This document shows, in pieces, positions 1 through 12,059 of a DNA stretch of 64,000 bases. Within the stretch, counting starts at the first letter, position 1; each line of letters opens with the position of its first letter. A program made the position numbers and the translations under genes. The DNA is from Octopus vulgaris (Eukaryota). The stretch spans positions 53,072,001-53,136,000 of the forward strand of contig OX597816.1 of the NCBI GenBank assembly GCA_951406725.2, given 5' to 3'. Below the pieces are notes generated by a model that did not search any database, was not told the origin of the DNA, and was given only the letters and a program-made list of their open reading frames with translations.

Positions 1-525
1 CTGGAGTGGCCAGATCTACCTCAATGCCATAGCAGCCACCCTCACACTATCTCGCCATCTTGCCCAGTTTGGGGCATCCTCCTTTTTCAAACCAAACCTC
101 CCAATCTCCTCCTCCCCCTGTCCCCTCCACTTTTTCCCCCGTCTACCTCGCTTTCATGCTCCATTTACCTCAAACGCAATCACCCTCCCCAGAACATGCT
201 CTTCATCCCTCCTCAACACATGCCCATACCTATTTCTTTACTATCCACAAGGGGCTAACACAGAGGGGACAAACAAGGACAGACAAACAGATTAAGTCGA
301 TTACATCGACTCCAGTGCGTAACTGGTACTTAATTTATCGACCCTGAAAGGATGAAAGGCAAAGTCGACCTCAGTGGAATTTGAACTCAGAACGTAACGG
401 CAGACGAAATACCGCTACGCATTTCGCCCGGCGTACTAACGATTCTGCCAGCTCACCGCCTCACAGGCTCATACCACCTCACTCCGTTTGTCCTAGCCAG
501 CCATACTACTTCTCACTCCCTTAGA
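1..525 (-). mobile_element. Decayed RTE-clade LINE C-terminal fragment, split by a SINE at 231-461
   Basis: The minus strand translates to ...NGVRWY|YGHVLRRDEEHVLGRVIAFEVNGA*KRGR...GLKKEDAPNWARWRDSVR. This matches the RTE C-terminal RWYGHV...RGRP...W pattern. Confidence 0.7.
231..461 (-). mobile_element. tRNA-derived SINE, family A (central GCCTTTCATCC-TTTCGGGGTCGATAAA domain, Meta-SINE-like)
   Basis: Minus strand head GGCGGTGAGCTGGCAGAATCGTTAG, B-box-like GAGTTCAAATTCC. More than 15 homologous copies in the window. Confidence 0.85.
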
Positions 526-757
526 TGACTGCTAAATACTACACAAGTTTTTGCCATTCTTGTCCTTCTTCAAATACCTTTAGGCAACAGTAATACTAAT
601 AGTATTAACATCTCTCTCTATGGAAGCCTGGAATCACCACTATTCTACCAGCTGCAGTTTCCTAATATATGCAGGCCATATTCACCACAAAGACTATCAG
701 TCATCTTCTGTACATGATTAAGATAATTTAATTAATGACTTATTTAGATAGATAACG

Positions 758-984
758 AATGACTGAATGAATGAATGAATGAATGAATGAATGAACGAAT
801 GGATGAATGAATAGTGGAGGCAGTGGTGGTGGTGGTGTTGGTGGTGGTGGTGGTAGTGGTAAATAATTGCAATTCTCCTTAGGTCTAGGAAATGAAACAA
901 ACTTAGCATTTTTCTTCTTCCTTGCAACCAGCATTTGCAAATCAATTAAGAATTCTTCAGCTAAAAGAAAGAGAAAGAGATAGG

Positions 985-1022
<38 letters not shown>

Positions 1023-1025
1023 GAG
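758..1025. repeat. (GAAT)n, (GGT)n and (GA)n microsatellites
   Basis: Directly visible. Confidence 0.95.
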
Positions 1026-1399
1026 TGAAACAAAAAGTGAAAATGTGAGACTGGTATATCAAGGGGAATTTTGGTCTCACCCATTCCCAGTTATAACACA
1101 TACACATGATGTACAACACACAAAACCAATGTCATATACAATACACATATATACATCTTACATACACTCACACGTATATATAGCTTATAGACACATACAC
1201 ACATACACACACATATATATCTAATGTAGAACACATATGCAAATGGTGTTTAATACACACACATATGTGTACAGATGCGCATAGATGCTTATCACAGTGT
1301 GATAATGGCAAATGAAACCAGCGGACATTCTTTAAGGAGATAGCACACCTCATTGTGAAGTGAAAACAGGAAATGGGGCAGAAGAATAGGTTTGGTTAC

Positions 1400-2510
1400 T
1401 CTCTGCTGCTGCTGCTGCTGTAAGTATGAAGAGAGATTTGGGGATGACAATCATGATGATGGTGATGATGGTAATGACGATGAGGAGGAGGGTGAGGAGG
1501 AGGAGGGTGAGGAGGAGGAGGGTGAGGAGGAGGAGGGTGAGGAGGCAGGACAATGATTGTGATAATGGTAATGATGACAATGATGATAAGGATGATGGTA
1601 ATAATGAAGAGGGGAATGAGGAAGAGGATGTAAACAATAATCACAATGATGATGATGATGATGATGACAATTATGGCAATAACGATGATGACATTTCATA
1701 AGCATATATCATTATGATGATGTTGACAAGGAAAATGTTGAAGAATATGTTCATTATGATAATGGCGCTGATGTTGTTGATGATGATGGTGATGATGGTT
1801 ATAATGAAGAGAAGAATGAGGAAGAGGATGACAGTTATGATCACAATAATGATGATGATGATGATGACAATGAGAGCAATAATAGTGACAATGATATTTC
1901 ATGATGATGATGATGATGATGATGATAATGAAGAATATGTTCATGGTGATGATTGTGATTATGATGATGATGATAATAATGGTGGTGGTGATGGTGATGG
2001 TGGTAATGATGATGATGGTGGTGGTGGTGGTGGTGGTGGTGATGATGATGATGGTGGTGGTGTTGATGATGATGATGGTGGTGGTGGTAGTAATAATGAG
2101 AAAGAGGAGAGTAGCAACAATAACAACAACAGCAACATGATGATAATGCCAACAATGACAAAGATGATGATAAGATGAGGATGATGATGACGCCAACAAT
2201 GACAAGAATGATGGTGGTAGTAATGATGATGAAAAACATCAAAACATTGAACAGTAAGAAAAGCAGCAGCAGCAGGTGGTGGTGGTGGTGGTGGTGGCGG
2301 TGGTGGTGGTAGTAGTAGTGGTAGTAGTAGCAACAGCAGCAGCAGCATAAGGAACAGTAATAGTATCTGTAGCAACAGCAGCAATGGTGGTGGTGGTGGT
2401 GGTGATGGTGGCGAAAATGACAGTGCAATGGTATTCATTATTAATGTGCAACAAAGTTGTTAAGACAGTAATCAGTATTGTTGTTGTTGTTGTTGTGGTG
2501 GTGGGGGGTG
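1400..2510. repeat. Compound trinucleotide array (GAT/GGT/GAG/CAG/AAT)
   Basis: Directly visible. It produces the poly-D/H/M/G ORFs in the track. Confidence 0.95.
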
Positions 2511-2780
2511 ATAAAAGAGTTGTCAGTAAGTTCAGCTGTGATTAGGTGGTTAGTGCCAAAATTGGTAGTTATTGGTGACAACTAAACTTCTTATCCAATT
2601 AACATTGCATACTAAACCAAACAGCCAATCGATACACTGTTTGTTTTATTTTCTCTTAATATACTGCCTTTCTCTATCACAATTAATGAAGTACAGTGCA
2701 GTTGGTTAAAGGTTTCCAAAGGGCCAATCTTTGGGTCATTGCATTTATGACAGTGACAGAAATAAGAGGGATAGACTTGT

Positions 2781-3682
2781 ATCATCATCATCATTTCACA
2801 TCCGTTTTCCATGCTGGCATGGGTTAGATCAGTAGTCCATATGTCCCCTGAGGGTCCATATAAGATTGTTAGCAGGCACGCAACAAATTAGAAAACTGGA
2901 AATCCCCAATAGTATTTTAAGGGCCCTTGGAAAATTTTTTCTTTAGATGTATTGATATGTATTGCAAAAAACATCTAGGTTTCTTTCTCTAACAGTTTAT
3001 TTACATAATTCAACCTGTACAGGTGAATGTATGATGAATAAAATTGGAATTTTGAAAGAAGATTCTAAAAAACTAGTTTTTAAACATTGAATGGCTATGG
3101 GGGTCCACCAGAATAAAATAGTAATCAAAGGGGTTCATAGCTAAAAAATGGTTGAGAAGCCCTGGGTTAGGTGGTTTTACTGGAACTGGTAATCCACAGA
3201 GTTGCACCAGGATCCAGTCTGTTTTGGCTTGATTTCTACAGCTGGATGCCCTTCCTGACACCAACCATTCCACAGAGTGTAGTGGGTGCCTTTTATGTCT
3301 CAGAACAGGTGTCTTTTACATCTCGCTGGCACAGGTGTCTTTTACGTCTCAGCACAGGTGTCTTTTACATCTTGCTGGCACAGGTGCCTTTTACGTCTCA
3401 GCACATGTGTCTTTCACATCTCGCTGGCACAGGTGCCTTTTACGTCTCAGCACAGGTGTCATTTACATCTCACTGGCACAGGTGCCTTTTATGTCTCAGC
3501 ACAGGTGTCATTTACATCTCACTGTCACAAGTGCTTTATACATGTCACCGGCACAGGTGGCTTTTATGAGTCACCAGCACATGTGCCTTTTACATATCGC
3601 TGGCCTGAGTGCCTATCATGTGTCACTGGCATGGGTGCCTTTTATATGTCACCAGCTTGTGTGACTTTTACATGCCACTGTT
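2781..3682 (-). mobile_element. RTE LINE 3' UTR with (GAT)n tail, interrupted by a hAT MITE, containing 20/21-bp tandem repeats
   Basis: CATCAT...TTCCATGCTGGCATGGG and CTGGATGCCCTTCCT..CCAACCA match the 3' end of the RT-bearing element at 44.5 kb. GCACAGGTG(C/T)CTTTTAC repeats run ~3285-3680. Confidence 0.85.
2830..3164. mobile_element. Non-autonomous hAT (Charlie-like) MITE
   Basis: Right end GGTTGAGAAGCCCTG, left end CAGTAGT. 8-bp TSD GGTTAGAT (2822-2829) / GGTTAGGT (3165-3172). Confidence 0.7.
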
Positions 3683-4038
3683 ACCTATATTTATATTATA
3701 TCTATTCATTTGACATTTCCCAATACTTGCATGAGTTAGACAAATACATAAGCATAATGGTGACATAGCTAAGATATGAGCCTCCTGGGGATACACTGCT
3801 AATTACTAAGGCATTGCTTCACAGCTGGATACTCTTCCTGATGCTGTTTTCAAGCAAGAGCAAGAAGACATCCATACCACTGGTGTTCAAAAGCACAAAG
3901 CAGGGAAATGTCAATAAACCCCACCAAGAGTGCAGAATGTAAACACCCCCCAACCATGCAAACATTGCTCTTTTGCCATTCATTATTTGATATTGTGCTC
4001 TGTACTCAACTGACACTTTACTCTAAGCCATAAGTATA

Positions 4039-4280
4039 AATAAATAAATAAATGTGCCTTCTCAAGCCATGTCAGGCTCACAAGGGCCAGTTTCCTGGTT
4101 TCAGTGACGTAGAAATTTCCCACTTGGACGGGATGCTATTTTTGCCAGCTGAGTGGACTGGAGCAATGTGAAAATGAAGTGTTTTGTTTAAGAACTCAAC
4201 GCATCGCCTGGTCCAGGAATTGAAACCACAACCATACGATCATGAGTTCAACACTCTAACCACTAAGCCACGCGCCTCCA
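4039..4280 (-). mobile_element. tRNA-derived CORE-type SINE with (TTTA)n tail
   Basis: Minus head GGAGGCGCGTGGCTTAGTGGTTAGAGTG...GGTTTCAATTCC. 15-bp TSD TAAGCCATAAGTATA at 4024-4038 and 4281-4295. Confidence 0.85.
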
Positions 4281-4556
4281 TAAGCCATAAGTATACTGAG
4301 TTCTAAAAACTGGTTATTAGTATTACTGTGTCTAAGCAAAATTATTAAGCAAAAAAAAAAAAAAAAGAAAAGAGAGAAAGAGAGATAAACATGATAATCT
4401 TCAAACAGTATTTTTCGACCAAAGTCACTCATATGGCATTATTTAGCTTGAAGCTATAGCAAAACAAACTTTCACAAGTATTGTGCAGTAGAGTACAAAC
4501 TAAAACACTGGATCATGTGTTTGAGTATATGTATATATTTAAATATAAATATATAT

Positions 4557-4613
<57 letters not shown>

Positions 4614-4652
4614 GAACAACAACAACAACAACAAGGATGATAATAATAATAA

Positions 4653-4683
<31 letters not shown>

Positions 4684-4755
4684 AATAATGATAATAATAA
4701 TAATAATAATAATAATGATAATAATAATAATAATAATTATAATAATAATATAAAA

Positions 4756-5927
4756 TGCCCTGATGCAGTACCAGGCAGTGGCTCTCATGGCTTCTGATCT
4801 TAACTGATTGGAAGTGTTATCATGTACATTGTTTTGTCTTGGTATAAAAGATGGGCTACAGCAAATATTCTGCTCAATACCACAAATTTGCTTGTCAGTT
4901 GTTTGACCTTAACCAGTTGAGCATGTCCCTTAGTGGCTGACGATATGTGCATCTCTGATCACGAGCAGAAGTAGTGGGGGAGCATCATAGCCATGTGTTG
5001 AGAGGGATTCTTTGGGGTTTGAATAATTCACCTCTGGAAACATGGGTGGTTCTTTCAACATCCTTAAACAACCCTTATTCAGGGACCTTTTGAGCGGGAT
5101 GGGCTACTCAACCTGAAGAAAATTCTAACTGGGCCCCACCTGCAAGGTCATGTGCTGTTTATCTTGATATGAGATCACCATGTCGCGCACATATGGTTGT
5201 GATGCATGTGCCTGGTGTAGCTTTATCAGACGGGTAGTCATGATGGGTATATTGGGCTTCGGATATTTTATCCCAGTGTCACTTTGATGGCATGAACTGC
5301 TCTCTCACTCAGTAATAATAATAATAATAATAATGATAATAATAATAACAATAATAATAACAATAATAATTGCTCTGATGCAGTACCAGGCAGTGGATCT
5401 CATGGCTGCTGATCTTAACTGATTGGAAGTGTTATCATGTACATTGTTTTGTCTTGGTATAAAAGATCGGCTACAGCAAATATTCTGCTCAATAACACAG
5501 ATTTGCTTGTCAATTATTTGACCTTAACCAGTTGACCATGTCCCTTAGTGGCTGATGGTATGTGCATCTCTGATAACGAGCAGAAATAGTGGGGGAGCAT
5601 CATAGCCATGTGTTGAGAAGGATTCTTCAGGGTTTGAATAATTCACCTCTGGAAACATGGGTGTTTCGTTCAACATCCTTAAACAACCCTTATTCAGGGA
5701 CCTTTTGAGCGGGATGGGCTACTTGGCCAGAAGAAAATTCTAACTGGGCCCCACCATGAAGGTCATGTGTTGTTTATCTTGATATGAGATCATCATGTCA
5801 TGCACATATGGTTGTGATGCATGTGCCTGGTGTACACTTATCAGACGGGTAGTCATGATGGGTATACTGGGCTTCGTACATTTTACCCCAGTGTCACTTT
5901 GATGGCATGCACTGCTCTCTCTCACTC

Positions 5928-5979
<52 letters not shown>

Positions 5980-6487
5980 TCCTTATTCAGGGACCTTTTG
6001 AGCAGGATAGGCTACTCGACCAGAAGAAAATTCTAACTGGGCCCCACCTGCAAGGTCATGTGCTGTTTATCTTGATATGAGATCAACATGTCGTGCACAT
6101 ATGGTTGTGATGCATGTGCTTGGTGTACCATTATCAGACGGGTAGTCATGATGGGTATACTGGATTCGTATATTTTATGCCAGTGTTGCTTTGATGGCAT
6201 GCACTGCTCTCTCTCACTCAATAATAATAATAATAATAAAATCCTTATTCAGGGACCTTTTGAGCAGGATGGGCAACTCGACCTGAAGAAAATTCCAACT
6301 GGGCCCCACCTGCAAGGTCATGCGCTGTTTATCTTGATATGAGATCAACATGGCGAGCACATATGGTTGTGATGCATTGTGCCTGGTGTACCCTTATCAG
6401 ACAGGTAGTCATGATGGGTATACTGGGCTTCGTATATTTTACCCCAGTGTCACTTTGATGGCATGCACTGCTCTCTCTTTCTTACTC
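4756..6487 (+). mobile_element. Tandem stack of a ~555-bp non-coding retroelement in (AAT)n: full copies 4756-5310 and 5371-5927, 5'-truncated copies 5981-6219 and 6243-6487
   Basis: Near-identical copies start TGCCCTGATGCAGTACCAGG and end CTCTCACTC followed by (AAT)n. Each is separated by an AAT tract. Confidence 0.85.
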
Positions 6488-7258
6488 AATAATAATAATA
6501 ATAATAATAAACAAACAATTCTGCTGCAATGCTAATTTCACTTAATTTGAATTCAGAAATGTGATGCAGCTAACTATATAAAGTAATGCATAGCACTTCT
6601 TTTATCACCGTTCACTCTTCCAACTGCTATAAGAATTAATTGTAATAATCTTCAAATTTCTTCAATTACCGCTACATTCGGTTATTTAGAAGTCAGCTCA
6701 TGTTGTTAATCATTTCTGTCATCTATACTGCACTAAACAACTTCTCATTAACTCTATTTCCTTAAGGCCAGCAAATGTACAAAAAAAGAAGAAAAAAAAA
6801 GAAGCGAAAATTTGCATTTTAGATAGCATGTAATCCTATTTAAACAGATGGTTTGTTTTAATTTTGTTTTGTTTTGCTGTTTGGTTTGTTTGTGATTTTT
6901 TTTTCCTATCAATTTTGTTTCCCCCTCCCCCGCCACTGACCCACCCAGCAATCATAACAGTTAAATTTTAATTGCAAATGCTAAACTATATAAAACATTT
7001 ATTCAAGCTTATTTATTTGTTTATATTATTTATATTATTTATATTGACAAAACAAAAAATTAAGATACAAGGAAATTAATAGAAAACATTCAAGATATTT
7101 TCAATTAAATATTTTGCTTAATTATGTATATTAGAGACTGTACATGGTCGTTCCCCACCACACTTCCCTTCAAGCCTTTTCCATTAGCTGGAGCATATAG
7201 TTGTTCTTAGTCTAATTTCCACTTCTGGTAATAGATTTTTTTTTCTTCTTTGAGAGAA

Positions 7259-7550
7259 TGGTGGTGGTGGTATTGGGAGTGGTGGTGGTGTTGGAGGAGG
7301 GGGTGGCAGTGTTAGTGATGGTGGTGTCAGCATCAGTACCAGTAGCAGTTGTCATTTGGTCGTCGTCATCGTACTTGTGGTGGTGTTAGTGGGGGGGGTC
7401 ACGGTGGTGGTTGTGATGGTGGTAGTGGTGGTGGTGGTGGTAGTAGTGGCAGCAGTAGTGATTGTGGTGGTAGTTGTGACAGTGATGGTGGTGGTGGCAG
7501 TGATGGGGATGGTGGCAGCAGTGATAGCAGAAGTGGTGAAGATGATGATT
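7259..7550. repeat. Degenerate (GGT)n array
   Basis: Directly visible. Confidence 0.9.
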
Positions 7551-7984
7551 ATACAAAACAGCATATTTACTTCATTTTTTTAAAATTTACACTACCTTGC
7601 AGAGAAAACAGGTTTAAGTCTCATATTAAAATTGATAATTAACCTTTATAGCATTACTTTAACATGTGTAAATGCAAACATACCTAAGGTGCTTTTTTTT
7701 CTATTCAGACACAAGTCAAAACTTAAGAAAGAGACCATCATAAGTCAGTGATAATTAAAAGTTTATTGCTTTACTTGTTTTTGTTTATCAGAGATTAATA
7801 TCATTGGTGTTGACCTCCACCCTTTAGCTTGGAGCACCTGAGAAAATAATGGGTTTCTGCTATTTTTAGTTGGTCTAACAAATATCTAAATATTATTCAA
7901 TAAAATCGGAAAAAATATTGAAAATGTTTACACACCCAACACAAAACTTGTACATGAAATAGAAAAAGAATATATTAAAACATA

Positions 7985-8118
7985 GGGCATAGGAGCAGAA
8001 GTGGCTGTGTGGTAAGTAGCTTGCTTACCAACCACATAGTTCTGGGTTCATTTCCACTGTGTGGCACCTTGGGCAAGTGTCTTCTAAGTGGATTTGGTAG
8101 ACGGAAACTGAAAGAGGC

Positions 8119-8164
<46 letters not shown>

Positions 8165-8337
8165 AACTTTTTTCGTAATAAGATAAAGAACCAAGGCAGT
8201 GTAGATTTTAGAACATTTATAAATAGAAGGTCTTACAGCTGTTTCTATGATATCTATAGTTAATTTAGATAAGATACGAAATAGAGAGTGAGGTGGAGGA
8301 ATGATGGGTCTTACTGACACCATTACCTCTCATAACC

Positions 8338-8371
<34 letters not shown>

Positions 8372-8845
8372 TGTATGTATGTATGTATGTATGTATGTAT
8401 GTATGTGTGTGTGTGTATGTGTGTGTGTGTGTATGTATATAAACACACAAACACATACATTTTCAGCCACAATTGAAAAGTACTAAGACTTGCATGTGGC
8501 ATGCTTGATTAATCATGAAGATCCTTTCACATGAAACCATTGGTTGTCTTGTTGATCCACAAATGAAGTGTGTGTGTGTGTGTGTTTGTATGTATATAGA
8601 CAGATAGACATAGAAACAGAAAGGGAGAGAGAGATGTATACGTCTGTGTGTGTGTACATGTCTCTGTGTCTGAGTCAACACCACTTGGCAGCCACTATTA
8701 ACTTATTCATGTTCCCAAAGCATAGCAGCTCAGCAAAAGAGACTGATAAAATAAGTACAAGACTTTAAAAAACTAGAACTTAAGTAGTAGAGTCAATTTG
8801 TCCAACTAAACCTTCAAGGTAGTGTCCCAGCATGGCCACAATCCT
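7985..8845 (+). mobile_element. CORE-type SINE family B, expanded by internal microsatellites and nested inserts
   Basis: Head GTGGCTGTGTGGTAAGTAGCTTGC...ACCTTGGGCAAGTGTC at ~7985-8125. Degenerate 3' half at ~8650-8845. Confidence 0.65.
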
Positions 8846-9794
8846 ATGACAGAAAACAAGTAAAACATTATTTTGTTGTGGATTGTGAGAATTATTAAAC
8901 AGCCTTGTGGCATTTGTTCCAGTTCTTTACATTGTGATTTCAAATCCTGCAGAGGCCAGCGTTGTCTTTCATCTTTTCAGGGTCAATAAAATAAAATGTC
9001 AGCCAACTACTGACACTAATGTATATGCAAATGAAAATTAATACCAGTGGGATCTAAGGGATTAAATTTGTGATTGACTGGCATCGTGTTCAGGAGAAAA
9101 TTCTGTACACTTAGCCTAAACACTTTACAGATCTGTATAAGCTCCACTCTCAAGAGTCTGCAGGCTTGAGACAGACCTGACAAGAAAGAAAATTTGTGTC
9201 AAACAAATCATTGTTGCAACTACAAACAGACATTATTTCCTCGTTTGCTTGTATTTTGACCAAATTGCTAGATTCTTTGTTCAGACATATTTCTTTAGTG
9301 TTTGTTGAAATTTCTGAAAGTAAGAGTAGCAGTCTAATATTCAAGCTTAAATTCTTATTGCAGCTACTTTAAATTAAATCATTTGCTGAATATTTATAAA
9401 GATATTGGGTAAATACAATTTAAATACTCAAAGTTATACAAACTTTATAAGCTGTAACAGAATAAACGTGATAGAATTTAGAACTAGATTAATGCAGTTA
9501 TCATAAATTGCACGAGCTTTCCTCCTCATCATCATAACAAAAAAATGCTATCATATCTTCAGAACATATAGCAGCAAGTTTTCTGCAATGTAGGCAAAAC
9601 AAACGTGATAAGTTATCTTACAAGTTTTATGAATTATAAGTGTTATGGAAATCTGCCGAACAACATAAAATTCTGTTGTTTAACAGAAGAAACTTCTTAT
9701 TGAGGAATATAAGTAGGAATATTTAAAAGTGCTTCTGGCTCTAATATACATACAAATACACACACACATGCACACACACACACACATGCATTTT

Positions 9795-10555
9795 CTGTCA
9801 TTCCCTTCTGCTGAAGAGCGTAGGCTGGAAACATAAAAGACTCTCTCACTTTCCCGAGCATCAAACTAATACACTTGCTTGTTGCTCATACACTTGTCTT
9901 CATCTTTTGTTTTTCTGTAAATTTTAACTATATATTATACACACATATAGTCACCCCAGTTTTATCCTGCATTAACCTCCTACACTTTGGACTTATCTCA
10001 ACTACTGCCTGAACTTTCTTCACCTCTCCTCATCTACATACCAGCACTGACCCCTCTACCTCACACATCTTCCCCAACCTACCCCTTCCCTTCTTTAAAC
10101 AAGCCCACAACCTGCGTGACCTCCTGGTCCACAGTTTCTTCCCTAATGCCACCTCTCAACCTAGCTTATTCCTCTGCTCCTGCCCATGCTGCCACACTTG
10201 CCCCTACCTCTCCAACCCCACCATCCTCCCAGGAACCCATCATTGTCCCTATAAACTCCTTCACCTGCACTTCTAGCAACGTTATTTACTGCATCTCCTG
10301 CTCTTTCTGCCCTTCTCTGTACATTGGTCAAATGGGACGCTGCTTGGTTGACCAGTTCATGGAGCGCCTCGGAGACAAAAGACTCAGTAATGACACCCTG
10401 GTCTAGCGCCATTTCCACTCTACTGGTCATTCACTACAATACCTGTCTTTGTTCAGATTGTCTTTGCAAAGGTGCCATCCAGATTCCCATCTTTGCCATG
10501 AACAGGAATAAATCTTCTCTCTTCAGTCCTTTGCACCACATGGGCTCAACTTCCC
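9795..10555 (+). mobile_element. Decayed Penelope-like element: terminal repeat with degenerate HHR (9808-9840) plus GIY-YIG endonuclease remnant
   Basis: FTCTSSNVIYCISCSFCPSLYIGQMGRCL...RHFHSTGH...HEQE...PHGLN, with frameshifts and stops. Upstream CTGCTGA-A-GAGC-GTAG-GCTG-GAAAC. Confidence 0.85.
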
Positions 10556-10714
10556 TCACACACACATATTGGGTATGGTCATTTTTAGCCTATTAAAAGA
10601 TGACCAACCCCAAGTATAACAATATGTTTCAACACACATATCTAAACATTATTCAATAAAATCGGAAAAAATATTGAAAATATTCACATTACCAATTTTG
10701 CAAACAAATACATG

Positions 10715-11170
10715 AGAGCACATGGCTTAGTGATTAGGGTGTTGTGTTGCACTCACAACCTAGCGTTCAGGATTTCAATTCCTAGACTGGGTGGTGTATT
10801 GTGTTCTTGAGCAAAACACTTCATCTCACATTGCTCTGCAATCACTTCGACACCTAACAAACGGTACACAGTGCACCTGTTCAGGCAATGTCAATTTCAT
10901 GGAGAGAACGAATTTGATCACTATAGTGGAAATGGTGCTAGACCAGGGTGTCATTACTGAGTCTTTTGTCTCCGAGGCGCTCCATGAACTGGTCAACCAA
11001 GCAGCGTCCCATTTGACCAATGTACAGAGAAGGGCAGAAAGAGCAGGAGATGCAGTAAATGACGATCACTATATATGGCACACAAATTTGATCACTATAA
11101 ACAAATCATTTGTAGAGGTCGTTCGGTAAGGCTGAAAACTCATACATCATCTTCAACAGGATAGTCCACC
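10715..11170 (+). mobile_element. tRNA-derived CORE-type SINE carrying an inverted 140-bp insertion (10925-11064)
   Basis: Head CATGGCTTAGTGATTAGGGTG, CORE-like GTGTTCTTGAGCAAAACACTT. Confidence 0.7.
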
Positions 11171-11719
11171 ATACACACACACACGCACATGCACACATGC
11201 ACACACATACACACACACATACGCACACACAACCACACACATACACATATATATATACACATATACAAATAATACTTTCATTGTGTCAAGTCAATTATAC
11301 ATTACCTCAATGAGACAGAATTATGAATAAAGAAGCTAAGTTATGTTTAGATTATTTATGTAAATCAACTTAGACAAAACAAGCGCCAATTTGAAACACC
11401 CCCACAAGCTTGAATTGAAAATTATGGTGTGTCAAATATCAGTTAGATTATTCAGATGTAAGTCGTGTATGTCTAGGGTGGTAATTCTTTAACTGCATTA
11501 TATAAATTCTTTAACAGAGATTCAAACATTTATAATTAAATTCCTAACAATGATCTTATAACAGAGATAACGAAGATAATATTCTTGTCTCATATCTATG
11601 GTTAGTAATGTTTTATACTTTCTTTCTTCATTACATTTTTGTTAGTCAATTACAACTCTGAAATAAAGAAAGTATACTTTTGGAATAATGAATCTCTCTC
11701 TCTCTATGTGTACATATTC

Positions 11720-11763
<44 letters not shown>

Positions 11764-12059
11764 AAATCATTATGATATCTTGTAACATTTTATCTTCTTA
11801 TATTTTGGTTTCAAATCCCACCAAAGACAACCTTGCCTTTCATCCCTCGTGGGTTGATGAAATCGGTGCCTACCAACAGCTGAGGTCAATCAAGGAAGTT
11901 GGGCAGATCAGGGGAATCAACAGGGACATATTATCTTCCAGGAATTATCAACAAACTACGAAAAGGTTTATCAGGAGACTCCTGCCCTTTCTTTGCTATG
12001 GTGCACCTAAGCAGTGTAAGCAATAAGTTCATTATTATTTATGACTAACTATAAGATAT

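Noticed and set aside
718-2454. Many long ORFs (poly-His, Asp, Met, Pro, Gly)
   Set aside because: They arise in several frames from trinucleotide repeats, with no domain or splice context.
3285-3680. CRISPR-like regular short repeats
   Set aside because: No unique spacers and no cas genes. It is a minisatellite within an RTE 3' UTR in eukaryotic DNA.
4930-4995. CTGACGA...GAA in the AAT-targeted element as a hammerhead
   Set aside because: No consistent stems I-III, and GAAA is not conserved among copies.
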